Below, in pieces: positions 15,459-25,005 of a DNA stretch of 64,000 nucleotides (positions within the stretch are counted from its first letter, which is position 1; each line of letters begins with the position of its first letter). The stretch comes from Candidatus Poribacteria bacterium. Its GTDB lineage: Bacteria; Poribacteria; WGA-4E; PCPOR2b. Both the position numbers and the translations under genes were made by a program. Under the pieces are notes generated by a model. It saw only the letters and a list, made by a program, of their open reading frames with translations, did no database searches and was not told the DNA's origin. The DNA lies in assembly GCA_965207975.1 (NCBI GenBank), contig OZ242315.1:6303322-6367321 (forward strand), read 5' to 3'.

Positions 15459-16436
15459 TCACCCTATAGAGGAGGTAGATACTGGTTTACCTGACTCACT
15501 TGACTGGATCGCCGCTAGTGAAATTGCCAAACTCCTAACGGCATCGCTGTAGGGACTCAGAATTTTGGATGCATCCTTGTTTCGGATAGCATTGACAAAC
15601 ACCTCGTCAATGCTCGGTCCCGGTGCTGTTTTGGTAACAACCTCTCCATCTTCCCTCACATCTAAGCCGCCGACACCCCAGTGGATAAGTTGATTCTCAT
15701 ACAAGATGTCCAACACGTTTGCGTGTGACCAATCGCCTGGATCATAGGACCAAGAGGTGGTCAACGATCCAACTGCTCCGTTGACGAACTTCATTGTCAC
15801 GCAGTTATTGTCCGGGCAATCAATCGCTTTCAGAACGCGGTTTGCGCTGATTGCGTAGACCTCCTCCACCTCGCCGACGAGGTAACGCATCATGTCGATG
15901 GTGTGGGTTGCTTGTTCTAACATCTGGCCACCGGATTTGCTCATCTGACGCTGCCAAGAGTTGGGATCACCGCGTCCGCTGCCCGACCAATATTTGCCGA
16001 TGGCTATGTTGACCACTTTTTCGCTGAGCACCTGACGTGCCAATTGCGTTGAGCCTAGATAGCGCAGTTGATAGCCAACACAGGTGATGATGTTAGCGGC
16101 ATTCACAGCTTCCTCAATCTGCCGTGCGATCTCCATATTGACCGCCACCGGTTTCTCAACAAGAAACGGCAATCCGCGCTCGATTACGTCCAACTCCGGC
16201 GTTCCGTGTGCGAACACCGGAAGGCTCAGGTAGATGCCATCCAGATCATCACGTTCCAGCATGAGGTTGTGATTGGTGTAAGGTTGGGCATTGTAACTCT
16301 CTGCGGCGTTTTTTGCGCGCTCTTCCTGAACATCGCATGTTCCAACGATACGGACGCCTTCCAGACCGGACAGTCGTTGCATGTGTCCATTGGCGTTGCC
16401 GCCACAGCCGATAAAACCGATTTTGACTTCTTGCAT
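15459..16436 (-). CDS. Gfo/Idh/MocA family oxidoreductase
   Basis: Track ORF 15459..16487. I prefer the ATG at 16436 (MQEVKIGFIGCGGNANGH), which starts directly at the Rossmann motif. EKP motif LVEKPVA. Confidence 0.88.
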   Translation of the reverse strand: MQEVKIGFIGCGGNANGHMQRLSGLEGVRIVGTCDVQEERAKNAAESYNAQPYTNHNLMLERDDLDGIYLSLPVFAHGTPELDVIERGLPFLVEKPVAVNMEIARQIEEAVNAANIITCVGYQLRYLGSTQLARQVLSEKVVNIAIGKYWSGSGRGDPNSWQRQMSKSGGQMLEQATHTIDMMRYLVGEVEEVYAISANRVLKAIDCPDNNCVTMKFVNGAVGSLTTSWSYDPGDWSHANVLDILYENQLIHWGVGGLDVREDGEVVTKTAPGPSIDEVFVNAIRNKDASKILSPYSDAVRSLAISLAAIQSSESGKPVSTSSIG

Positions 16437-16580
16437 TGCTTTCCTCTTCTGACTTATAATTGGGTTTTTCTTCTCAAATTGTAGCAAATCGGAGCGTGTC
16501 CGTCAATGTCTTTATCGTGAGCCTACACTGTAATTCTTCAATCAGTCCCACACTACTACAACACGCCTGTAAAAAAGGAT

Positions 16581-16763
16581 AGGACTTACGCAGTTGTACG
16601 CTCACCTGCCCTGTTTGGAGAGTCTTAGACTTGCAGCCTGGCGATTTATCGTTACAGGACACCGCTGCCCATGCTTGACAAATTGGGCAACTCCAGCCGA
16701 AACACCCTCAAGGAGTTCGTAGGGAACGCAGATCTGCGTTCCCTACTGAAGTGCGTAACTCCT
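16581..16763. mobile_element. MITE-like unit bounded by the 12-bp TIR AGGACTTACGCA / TGCGTAACTCCT, carrying the 28-bp palindrome
   Basis: The TIR pair at 16581..16592 and 16752..16763 (11/12 complementary) encloses 16719..16746. The same TIR pair bounds 4359..4419 and, in degenerate form, 47179..47303 and 12303..12667. Confidence 0.55.
16719..16746. repeat. Perfect 28-bp palindrome GTAGGGAACGCAGATCTGCGTTCCCTAC
   Basis: Self-complementary over all 28 nt. An identical copy is at 47574..47601 and a truncated copy at 15424..15447. Confidence 0.9.
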
Positions 16764-16922
16764 AAAGGAGATGAATAAATGTAGAAGTTTCGCTTCGGCA
16801 GAAAATTTTTCCACAGGACGGACGATTAAATCAGATTTTGCTTATTTATGATTAGACGTTTTGCCGTAGTTTCCGTCATAGAAATAAATCAATTATAAAT
16901 TTCAATTGACATAAAAAGAAAA

Positions 16923-16951
16923 TTGACAATAAATCACTTGAAGGATAATAT
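16923..16951 (+). promoter_or_regulatory. Near-consensus sigma70 promoter (TTGACA-17 nt-TAATAT)
   Basis: TTGACA at 16923..16928, 17-nt spacer, TAATAT at 16946..16951, upstream of the metzincin-TPR gene. It coincides with the TTG start of the track ORF, which argues for a later start codon. Confidence 0.5.
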
Positions 16952-16994
16952 TTGGGGGTTAGTTTATCGTTATGGGAAACGAGGAAGCAAACCG

Positions 16995-18731
16995 GTGAGA
17001 CACGAAAAAATAGAAGATAGAAAGCCCGAAATTCCATTTTTATCAATCGGTGGGTTATCCCAATGGTTTGGTTGGATCTGCTTATTTTTATGTTATTTGG
17101 CTGCAGAAACTGCCTACACGGATGACTATTTTGACCGGATAACGGTTGCCTCGAATGGTCGTCTGACGCGGTTTGATCGCGATCGCATTACGGTCTATAC
17201 GGATACGATTCCATTTGAATCGGGGATTTATGAGGAAGCATTGCGCCAATCGCTGTCGTTATGGGAGCAGAAAACCCAAGGACAATTGCAATTTGAATTG
17301 ACACCAGATCCCGCCGCAGCAGACATTCGGATAAAGTGGGCATATCAGCAGGACAGACGGCAAAGCAACGAATATATCGGCGAGGCGATGTTGGTTCGAG
17401 AAGACGAGGGATTTCATGTGGAAATTGAGGTTGCTCTGCGCGACCGAACATCGCTGAAACCTCACACATCTGACGTTATTCAAACCGCCTTGCTGCATGA
17501 AATTGGACACGCCATCGGGTTGTGGGGACACAGCGACGATCCGCACGATGTGATGTATTTCGCTGCAACGGCGAAAGCACCGACAGCGCGAGATATTGCA
17601 ACGTGGACGAAGGTGAGCGAAACGCCGGTTGATGCTCCTTTTCACAGCCGCGCCCTACAGGTTCTACAGGCTGAAATTGAGCAAGATCCGAAAGTTGGCG
17701 GCAACCACTATCTCATCGGTATGGTTTACGCGGATTTGGGCGATTATCACTTGGCGATTAACGCCTTTCAGCGCGCCCTTGAGATAGAGCCGCAGCTTGG
17801 TGTCTCATCGGTGCAAATCGGCCGTATTTTCCAGCAGAGAGGGATATATGATCAAGCGATTAGGCACTACACACAGGCGTTGAAAACAGCGCCTTCAGCC
17901 GAGGTATTTGGTGCTTTAGGGACGCTTTGGCTGCTTCAGAATGAGTTTGATCAAGCGGTGAACTCGCTTCAACGCGCTCTTACTTTTGCCCCGGGTTCTA
18001 CAACGTTGGACCAGAATCTTCTAGCAGCATACCACCGTTGGGGCATCCACTACATGAAGACAGATCAGCTTTCTGAGGCGTTCAAGTGCTTTGAGCGCGG
18101 CTTGAAGCGATTCCCATTTTCTGAAATCCTACTTTCTGATCTCGCTGCAGCACACACCGCCGCGGAGGAATACCAAAAGGCGTTGGACATCTATCAGTGG
18201 GTCCTCCAGATTAACCCTGAATATACCGCTGCAAGAATTGGGATGGGAACCACTTTAAACAACTGGGGATCACAACATGCCCGTAATAAAGATTGGGAGC
18301 AGGCACTTGATTGTTATGAACAGGCGTTGGGATACGATCCAGCGTGCCGACCCGCTCTTCAGAATCTGGGCGAGACGCTGATGCGAATCGGTTGGGAGCA
18401 GGGAGCAAACGGAGATATGGAGGGGGCGATCGGTACATATCAAAAGTTGGTAGCAGTTGCCCCCAATAATGCGGAGGTTCACAATAATTTAGGCGTTATT
18501 CACTTTAGAAAGCGGGAATATAGCAAGGCAAAAACCTACTTTGAAACTGCGCTCGCGTTGGACGCGAACTATGATGAAGCACAGACGAATTTGAGTTATG
18601 TTCGGCGGGAACGGGTCTATAGGATAATCAAACAGTGGGTTGTACCGGTGGCGGTTGTTTTGCTAGTCGGGTTTGCGTGTGTAAAAGTGATAAACAGATA
18701 CCGGAAAATGGTGCGTCTGAAACCGATGTAG
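16995..18731 (+). CDS. Secreted/membrane protein with metzincin-like zinc-protease motif and TPR repeats
   Basis: Track ORF 16923..18731. I place the start at the in-frame GTG at 16995, which follows GAGGA. HEIGHAIGLWGH = HExxHxxGxxH. At least eight TPR-like repeats (e.g. YHLAINAFQRALEIEP) and a C-terminal TM helix. Confidence 0.7.
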   Translation: MRHEKIEDRKPEIPFLSIGGLSQWFGWICLFLCYLAAETAYTDDYFDRITVASNGRLTRFDRDRITVYTDTIPFESGIYEEALRQSLSLWEQKTQGQLQFELTPDPAAADIRIKWAYQQDRRQSNEYIGEAMLVREDEGFHVEIEVALRDRTSLKPHTSDVIQTALLHEIGHAIGLWGHSDDPHDVMYFAATAKAPTARDIATWTKVSETPVDAPFHSRALQVLQAEIEQDPKVGGNHYLIGMVYADLGDYHLAINAFQRALEIEPQLGVSSVQIGRIFQQRGIYDQAIRHYTQALKTAPSAEVFGALGTLWLLQNEFDQAVNSLQRALTFAPGSTTLDQNLLAAYHRWGIHYMKTDQLSEAFKCFERGLKRFPFSEILLSDLAAAHTAAEEYQKALDIYQWVLQINPEYTAARIGMGTTLNNWGSQHARNKDWEQALDCYEQALGYDPACRPALQNLGETLMRIGWEQGANGDMEGAIGTYQKLVAVAPNNAEVHNNLGVIHFRKREYSKAKTYFETALALDANYDEAQTNLSYVRRERVYRIIKQWVVPVAVVLLVGFACVKVINRYRKMVRLKPM

Positions 18732-18762
18732 AACAACTTATATATTCCTTGCTTTGTTTTTT

Positions 18763-20784
18763 TTAATTTACATTTGAAATCACCAGTGGTTCCATGCCCA
18801 ATTCTACTACTTGACTGATGAGTTCTGCGGCATCTTCTCTGTTGTGGAATCCTCCGATTGTTACACGATACCACAGTCTCGATCGGATCACCACCTCGGT
18901 GAGATGAGCTTTCGCCCCCAATTCCAACGCTTCCAACGAATCAACAAGCGATTCGGCGTTCGTGCGATTTTGGAATGAACCGACCATTAGGGTGTATTTT
19001 GGCGGCGTGCGGGAAACCTCCACCTCTTCCTGCTTTTCCTCACTTGATGTTGCTCCAACTGTACTTTCCCTATTGTCTAAATCTTCTTTATCAACTCTGA
19101 TGGTTGAAAATGATGCTTCGCCGGTGCTGCGATTGCCCGCAATATCGTGGACTGTCAATACACAGCGGTAGGTAGCTTTTTGAGTGTTATCCGATTGCTC
19201 CCAGTTGTTCCAAACAACGGTATCGGACGGTTCGCCTTCTTCATCAATGTGATGAACCAATTTTTGATCTGCATCGAAAAATTGTAGCTGCCAACGGGCG
19301 AGCGGATTCAGATCTGAGGCTTGGAGATGCACCTTCGGCATTTGGAGAACGGTTTCCTTGTCAGAGGACGCAAAGACAGGTGGTTCTGCTGCTATCTCAA
19401 GTGAGGCGGGTGTCGTATCAACAGTAATTGATACTTCACTCTGCAACTGGCGGTCACCTGCAGCATCAATGGTGAACCACTGGGCGGTGTATGTACCGTC
19501 GCTTACCCGGTTACCTGCATCATCTTCCCCTTCCCAGGCTATCTGTGTCGATGGCAAGCCAGTGCCAGAGTAGCGCTGGAGAATCTGTTGCAATTGATCT
19601 TGGTCCGTGCGCTGCTGAATCTCTAGTTCCCACGCTACTTCTTCGCCAACTTCCAGATCGAAAGTGATTTGGTCTTTCACGCCATCTCTGTTAGGAGAGA
19701 TTATGGTCTCTGGGATGTGCAGCACGGCGGGAGTCGACTTGGGCATAACAATCGGTGCCGGCCGAGTTGGCGTAGCAGGCGGCACTTCGACGACTGGGGG
19801 AATTGAGACTTTAATCCCCTCGTCACCTTCTCCCCAGCGTAGGGTGGCAGAGATCCAGTGCATCGCTCCTTCCAACTCATTGCCTCTGACATAAGCGTAA
19901 TCAAGCTGTCCGGAGGGACTTTGAATGCTTAGACCCGTTGACCATTCCCCCGTTGTGAGTCGGCTGGGAACCGCTGTGTATCCGAGCCGGATCCCCAATC
20001 CTTTCCTAAACAGCCAACGTTCGACACCGAGATGTGTGCGTAGGCGTTCTCCGAAGCCAATACGGGTGTCGTTGTGCAGTACAAAATCTCCAGATAGGGT
20101 TGTATACTGATTAAAAGAGTGGGCTGCGCCAAGGCGTGTCACAGTGGGTATTCTCGCAATGGTCTCGGCATTCTCCCAGATGTGTCCAGCGAGATCTTCC
20201 AGTGCCAAGCCGAATGTGATTTTCTCCCCGGGCCGATCCAGTTCACGAACGAAGCGGACACCCAAGTCGAAGCTCCAAGCATACCGAGGACTAACAGCAC
20301 TTCTGTGGCGGTAGTGCCGAAGGTTCGTACCGGCAGCGATACCTTTCCCCAAGGAAGTCCCGTATCCCACAAGCACCATTCGGTTCTTTTCGGTGTCATT
20401 TCCCCAGCCATCAAACCAAGAAGATATTGAGAAATTCCCTACATTTGTTGATGTGATTCCGAGCTGCTGCGGATTTAACCCCAGCGAGAACGCCCCTTCT
20501 CGATCGTCGGCGGATGCCGGGAAAGGGAGCCCAATGAGAGAGAGTTCTGTCGAGTCCAACAACCCGAGCGATGAGGGATTCCAAAATGAACTATCACTTG
20601 ATGCGGGCCCCGCTGTAAACGCCCCTCCCATCCCTAGCGCGCGTGCACTTGTTCCGACAAAGACCTGTCGGTTCTTGATGCCCGATTCTGCTCCGGCGAA
20701 CGATATGCTGAAGAGAATGAGAGCGAGTATGATCGACACTGTGCTTATGAGATTTTTCCGTATTTTCATACCGTGGTACTCCAT
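18763..20784 (-). CDS. Outer-membrane beta-barrel-like protein with FlgD-Ig-like middle and C-terminal SPOR domain
   Basis: 673 aa. Signal peptide, ARALGMGGAFTA...NPSSLG barrel-type N-terminus, Ig-like repeats (ISPNRDGVKDQITF) and a SPOR domain (YTLMVGSFQNRTNAESL...WYRVTIGGFHNREDA). Alternative ATG at 20769. Confidence 0.75.
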   Translation of the reverse strand: MEYHGMKIRKNLISTVSIILALILFSISFAGAESGIKNRQVFVGTSARALGMGGAFTAGPASSDSSFWNPSSLGLLDSTELSLIGLPFPASADDREGAFSLGLNPQQLGITSTNVGNFSISSWFDGWGNDTEKNRMVLVGYGTSLGKGIAAGTNLRHYRHRSAVSPRYAWSFDLGVRFVRELDRPGEKITFGLALEDLAGHIWENAETIARIPTVTRLGAAHSFNQYTTLSGDFVLHNDTRIGFGERLRTHLGVERWLFRKGLGIRLGYTAVPSRLTTGEWSTGLSIQSPSGQLDYAYVRGNELEGAMHWISATLRWGEGDEGIKVSIPPVVEVPPATPTRPAPIVMPKSTPAVLHIPETIISPNRDGVKDQITFDLEVGEEVAWELEIQQRTDQDQLQQILQRYSGTGLPSTQIAWEGEDDAGNRVSDGTYTAQWFTIDAAGDRQLQSEVSITVDTTPASLEIAAEPPVFASSDKETVLQMPKVHLQASDLNPLARWQLQFFDADQKLVHHIDEEGEPSDTVVWNNWEQSDNTQKATYRCVLTVHDIAGNRSTGEASFSTIRVDKEDLDNRESTVGATSSEEKQEEVEVSRTPPKYTLMVGSFQNRTNAESLVDSLEALELGAKAHLTEVVIRSRLWYRVTIGGFHNREDAAELISQVVELGMEPLVISNVN

Positions 20785-20797
20785 ATATTTGTTTTTC

Positions 20798-20908
20798 GCT
20801 CATGTTAAGATTTGGTGCAAAGAAACCGAGTACCCCCTCTAATCCCCCCGCAGGCGGTGGGAGGGAACGGTTTCTCTTGGTGCTTTGCACTTTCTTTTTA
20901 CATGAGCC
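20798..20908. repeat. Palindromic element family P, copy 2 (variant centre)
   Basis: GCTCATGTTAAGA...AGAAACCGAG[38-nt different core]CGGTTTCTCT...TTTCTTTTTACATGAGCC. Confidence 0.85.
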
Positions 20909-21073
20909 TTCTTTTTTTTTGCAAGCGATTGACTATCGGTTAGAATTAACGCCTATCTCCTAATAATTGATACAGAAAATAGAAGCCCGAAAGAGAGCAA
21001 TCGCCGGCCCGCTGGGCGATTTTGGCTCATTTTACACCGCTGCTATTGAATAAATTGAATTTTATTCTTGGGA

Positions 21074-21124
21074 TAAAAAAAGCGAGGGGCTGCCAAGTGC
21101 ATTATACTTAGCGAGCCCCTCGCT
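21074..21124 (-). terminator. Rho-independent terminator downstream of the AGCS transporter gene
   Basis: Stem AGCGAGGGGCT / AGCCCCTCGCT (21081..21091 with 21114..21124), followed on the minus strand by a T-run (A-run 21074..21080 on plus). Confidence 0.6.
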
Positions 21125-21170
21125 TTTGGGTAAATTCCATCAATTGTAGCGATCAATCCATCGAGGATCG

Positions 21171-22544
21171 CTATGATTTGATTATATCTTTGTATTGCTC
21201 AAAATATGTTCGTGTCGCCTGCATTACTTTTGGTGCTAGCAGAAGTGTGGAGATCATCGTCGGAATTGCCATGAGAGCAAAAGCACCGTCGATGAGACTG
21301 ATTGCCGCGTCCAAAGAAACTATGGCGGCGACGACCATCAGTGCTACATAAAAGTAGTTGTAGATATGCTGACGTTCAGCACCGATCAGGAAGCCCATAC
21401 ATTTCGCGCCGTAGTAGGAGTAGGCAAACATGGTGCTGGTGCTGAAGCAGACTACGCAGAGGGTGAGTAGATAGGGTCCGAAGCCGGGCATAGCTTTGTT
21501 AAAAGCCATTACTGTCAGCGTGATGCCGTTGGCTTCGCTGCTCTGCCATACCCCCGATGTGAGGATGATGAGTGCTGTGACAGTGCAGACAATGAGTGTA
21601 TCAATCGCGGGACCAAGCATGGCGATAAGTCCTTCTCGGACCGGCTCGGTGGTCTTAGCAGCACCGTGAGCCAACGCTGCCGTGCCGATTCCCGCCTCGT
21701 TTGAATAAGCGGCCCGGCGTATACCGGTCATGATAACAGCACCAATCGCTCCACCGGCGGCAGCTTTGCCAGAAAAAGCATCTGTGATAATTAGCCAGAG
21801 GCATTTCGGGATATTGGCGTAATTAACAGCAAGAATCCACACAGCGGCTGCCATATAGAGCACCAACATCCCCGGCACTAATTTTGAGGCGACTGTGCCA
21901 ATCCGTAGGATACCGCCAAATATAATGAGCGCGACCACTCCTGCGATGATAATGCCGGCAATTAAATTAAAGGTAAAGTGCGATTCACCGATCCACCCGT
22001 TTGGAATAAAGATTACGTCCCGGAGAATCTGAACGAGTTGGTTCACTTGGAACGCGGGCAAGGCACCTATCAGCGCGGCTACACAGAAGAAAGCCCCCAG
22101 AGGTTTCCATTTTTTCCCAAGCCCTTCTACGATTGTATACATAGGTCCACCCTGCGTCGTCCCGCGGCTGTCCGTCCCTCGATACATGATGGCTAGGGTG
22201 CAGGTAAAGAACTTTGTTGCCATCCCCACCACGGCACTGAGCCACATCCAGAAGATTGCACCCGGTCCACCGACTGTTACAGCGACTGCCACACCGGCGA
22301 TATTTCCGACTCCAATCGTTGCCGCCAAGGCACTAGATAGTGCTGCAAAGTGCGAAATATCTCCAGGATCGCTGGGGTCATCGTATTTTCCACGCAAGAT
22401 GTCAATGGCGTGCCTAATAAACCGAAAAGGCAAAAACCGGGAATAGCAGAGAAAAAAAGCACCGCCTCCCAAGAGCAAGACCAGTAACCAAGGTCCCCAA
22501 GCAACATCAGCAAAGCCAATTATGATTTTCTCGATCTGTTGCAT
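21171..22544 (-). CDS. Alanine/glycine:cation symporter (AGCS family)
   Basis: 457 aa polytopic membrane protein with family motifs GGPGAIFWMW and RAAYSNEAGIGTAA. Confidence 0.9.
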   Translation of the reverse strand: MQQIEKIIIGFADVAWGPWLLVLLLGGGAFFLCYSRFLPFRFIRHAIDILRGKYDDPSDPGDISHFAALSSALAATIGVGNIAGVAVAVTVGGPGAIFWMWLSAVVGMATKFFTCTLAIMYRGTDSRGTTQGGPMYTIVEGLGKKWKPLGAFFCVAALIGALPAFQVNQLVQILRDVIFIPNGWIGESHFTFNLIAGIIIAGVVALIIFGGILRIGTVASKLVPGMLVLYMAAAVWILAVNYANIPKCLWLIITDAFSGKAAAGGAIGAVIMTGIRRAAYSNEAGIGTAALAHGAAKTTEPVREGLIAMLGPAIDTLIVCTVTALIILTSGVWQSSEANGITLTVMAFNKAMPGFGPYLLTLCVVCFSTSTMFAYSYYGAKCMGFLIGAERQHIYNYFYVALMVVAAIVSLDAAISLIDGAFALMAIPTMISTLLLAPKVMQATRTYFEQYKDIIKS

Positions 22545-22685
22545 ACTGTAAGTCCTTTCTTATACTGTGTTTAATTTTTAACATCTGTTTTCCGCTGCGT
22601 TTCTCATGTCTAAAGATAAGAATTGACACAATATTTCAACTATGCTACGATAAAAAATGGCTGATGGTAAGATATACGGGGAATT

Positions 22686-23072
22686 CTACTGTTTATCAAC
22701 CTCATCCCCTTTTTCGGTTGGCAGACCCGCCGCTTTCCAGCCCCGGAATCCTCCTGTTAATACAGAGGCGTTCTCGTATCCCATAATCTGCAAAGTATGT
22801 GCGGACAGCGAACCGCGGGTGTTGCCGCCACAATGCGCTACAATGTGCGTGTCTTGGTCGGGAACGATTTCATCGATTTCCAGCTCGATGGCTGCACGGG
22901 GCAGTGAGATCGCACCGGGTAGGTGTTCAGTGTCATACTGTTCTTTGTCGCGTACATCAAGGATAACGACAGGTTTGTTGTTATCAATAGCCATTTTCAG
23001 TATTTCCGCAGAGGTATGTCCAATCTGTGCTTGCGCTTCGGCAAGGAGTTGTTCTAAGGTTTTGCCACGCAT
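22686..23072 (-). CDS. Rhodanese-domain sulfurtransferase
   Basis: 128 aa. VILDVRDKEQYDTEHLPGAISLP and active-site loop HCGGNTRGS. Confidence 0.85.
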   Translation of the reverse strand: MRGKTLEQLLAEAQAQIGHTSAEILKMAIDNNKPVVILDVRDKEQYDTEHLPGAISLPRAAIELEIDEIVPDQDTHIVAHCGGNTRGSLSAHTLQIMGYENASVLTGGFRGWKAAGLPTEKGDEVDKQ

Positions 23073-23326
23073 TATTTTTATCTCCTTCTACAAAAATGTT
23101 GTATGCAAAAAGATATATCAAGAGTGTAAATATGAAGGACTAAATAATTCCACTGTATCTCTCAATGATAAATGATGGCATTTTAGCACAGTTCTCAAAG
23201 ATGGTCAAGCAAGCCTCAAAATTTTTAACTTCTTTGATTAAGTAGAGATTTCGGATTCAGTTCGCGGGGGATTCCTACCGTGCCTGATCCTGCGTTAATG
23301 ACATCCCTATTAATGGAGGTTTTTTT

Positions 23327-23782
23327 ATGATACAATCACTTCAACAATCCGTGCAATCGGTCATCGATGAGGGGCGTATTGGCAGTCCTGTGTTTTTACG
23401 CTGCATCGTGCACGCACCGATCGAAGCGGCGGACACCGTGGCTGGCATCGCTGCCTTGACTGCAGCTGCCAATAACTGGATGCCCGATCCACCAGAACAG
23501 TTCTACGCCTTAGACAATGCGGACAAAACGCAAATTACCGCTATGGTGAAGTATGCCGGCGGACAGTCTGCGCTGCTAAGTGTGAATCGTATTCCGGCGG
23601 GTCAAGAGGTATCCGTCGATTTAAGACTAGTCGGAAACAACGGGATCATCTATCATGAAACACCCACGGGTCCGTATGGCCTCATGAATGAGCCACTCAT
23701 CTTCAGTGGTGGGGAAGATCTGGTAGATGCGATTCGTCAGGGATTAGAAACAAAACAGCCGATCAGCGTGACGGAGGGTTAA
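23327..23782 (+). CDS. Hypothetical protein resembling a stand-alone Gfo/Idh/MocA C-terminal domain
   Basis: 151 aa, GGAGG RBS. The N-terminus (IDEGRIGSPVFLRC) resembles the segment that opens the C-terminal domain of Gfo-type enzymes. The stop abuts the next gene (1-nt gap). Confidence 0.55.
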   Translation: MIQSLQQSVQSVIDEGRIGSPVFLRCIVHAPIEAADTVAGIAALTAAANNWMPDPPEQFYALDNADKTQITAMVKYAGGQSALLSVNRIPAGQEVSVDLRLVGNNGIIYHETPTGPYGLMNEPLIFSGGEDLVDAIRQGLETKQPISVTEG

Positions 23783-23783
23783 A

Positions 23784-24929
23784 ATGAAAAACGGAAGATA
23801 TGGCGTATTGGTGATCGGTGGACGACGCACGCATCAGGAGAGCTACGCCCACTGCTTTGCCGAAGATGAGCGGTGTGAACTGATAGCAGCCTCAGATGAA
23901 CTTGATGCGCCGCCTGAGTATGTCAAATTGAATCGACAGCTTGCTGAAGACTTGCAGATCCCTTATATTCCGGATTTAAATGAGGCGTTGGCGCGTGATG
24001 ATGTCGATATCGTCAGTTCGTGTGTCCAGAACGAGCGGCGGGGGCGTGTGAACGTGAAATGTGCGGAGGCGGGAAAACATCTCTATCTAGATAAACCGCT
24101 GGCGATGAGTGTTGAGGATGCCCAAGCGATTACAGCGGCGGTGCAGAAGGCAGGTATTTGTAACCAGATGTTTAGCAACATGCACACCCCTTGGGCGCAA
24201 GCTGCCAAAAGGGCATTGGACAACGGTGAAATCGGAGAGCTCCGAGCCATCCACTGCGACGTACTTTTCGCTAAAGGGCATGTTGGTACTGCACCGGTGA
24301 GTCGCAAGAGAGTGGAAAAGCCGACCGTTGAGAGATACACCTTCATTGAGGCGAAACGGGAGATGTTTGATGTTGGTGTCTATCCTGTATCGCTGATTAA
24401 TTGGTTGACGCAGAAACGGGTTGAAACAGTTTTTGGCACAACTGCCAACTTCTTCTTTGAAGAACATATTGCATGTGGTATCGAGGACTTTGGCGCGATA
24501 ATGATGACGCTGGAAGATGGCGTTGTCGCAACAATCATCGGTGGACGTGCGGGGTGGATGAGCCATCCGAAAGGTGGGGTTCAGCGGCTGCATCTCATCG
24601 GTACGCGTGGCACATTGGCATTTGACGGGGCGCAACCGCGTCTTGAGGTGTTCGCTGACGAAGAACCTTTCCGACAAACGCCGCCGCATCCGATGGATCC
24701 AATGGGTATGTGGTCGAGTACACAGACCGAATCGGGGATGATCCCTAAACGTCAGTGGGTTGCCGTGAATCAGGCAGCTGAAGGGCAGGGCCCCGATATG
24801 GTAGGGTTTGTGGACTGCATCGAAGCGGGGCGAGAGAGCGAAATGAACGCCGCGGTGGCCGCACAATCGGTCGCTGTCATCCGTGCCGGATACGAATCGG
24901 CAGCCAGTGGCGAAATTATCACGCTTTGA
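23784..24929 (+). CDS. Gfo/Idh/MocA family oxidoreductase
   Basis: 381 aa. N-terminal Rossmann-like VLVIGGRR, LDKPLA (EKP-type motif) and a C-terminal domain. Confidence 0.85.
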   Translation: MKNGRYGVLVIGGRRTHQESYAHCFAEDERCELIAASDELDAPPEYVKLNRQLAEDLQIPYIPDLNEALARDDVDIVSSCVQNERRGRVNVKCAEAGKHLYLDKPLAMSVEDAQAITAAVQKAGICNQMFSNMHTPWAQAAKRALDNGEIGELRAIHCDVLFAKGHVGTAPVSRKRVEKPTVERYTFIEAKREMFDVGVYPVSLINWLTQKRVETVFGTTANFFFEEHIACGIEDFGAIMMTLEDGVVATIIGGRAGWMSHPKGGVQRLHLIGTRGTLAFDGAQPRLEVFADEEPFRQTPPHPMDPMGMWSSTQTESGMIPKRQWVAVNQAAEGQGPDMVGFVDCIEAGRESEMNAAVAAQSVAVIRAGYESAASGEIITL

Positions 24930-25005
24930 AATTCAACCGATTGTTCGCCCGTAGAATCTCGCGAGCAACTGAATTTGCATTTCGCACGCCGTTTTTTTAC
25001 ACTTG

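Noticed and set aside
22545-22685. Glycine or other riboswitch in the leader of the alanine/glycine symporter gene
   Set aside because: I could not find the conserved glycine-riboswitch core elements on the minus strand of this AT-rich 140-nt leader. No support from the sequence alone.
22657-23175. 172-aa plus-strand ORF overlapping the rhodanese gene
   Set aside because: The minus-strand product has the rhodanese active-site loop and a sensible length. The plus-strand translation is low-complexity (Ser/Cys/Pro-rich) with no motif.
24087-24866. 259-aa minus-strand ORF inside the Gfo/Idh/MocA gene 23784..24929
   Set aside because: It is antisense to a gene with clear family motifs, and its translation is Arg/His/Cys-rich with no recognisable domain. 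This is a typical shadow ORF.
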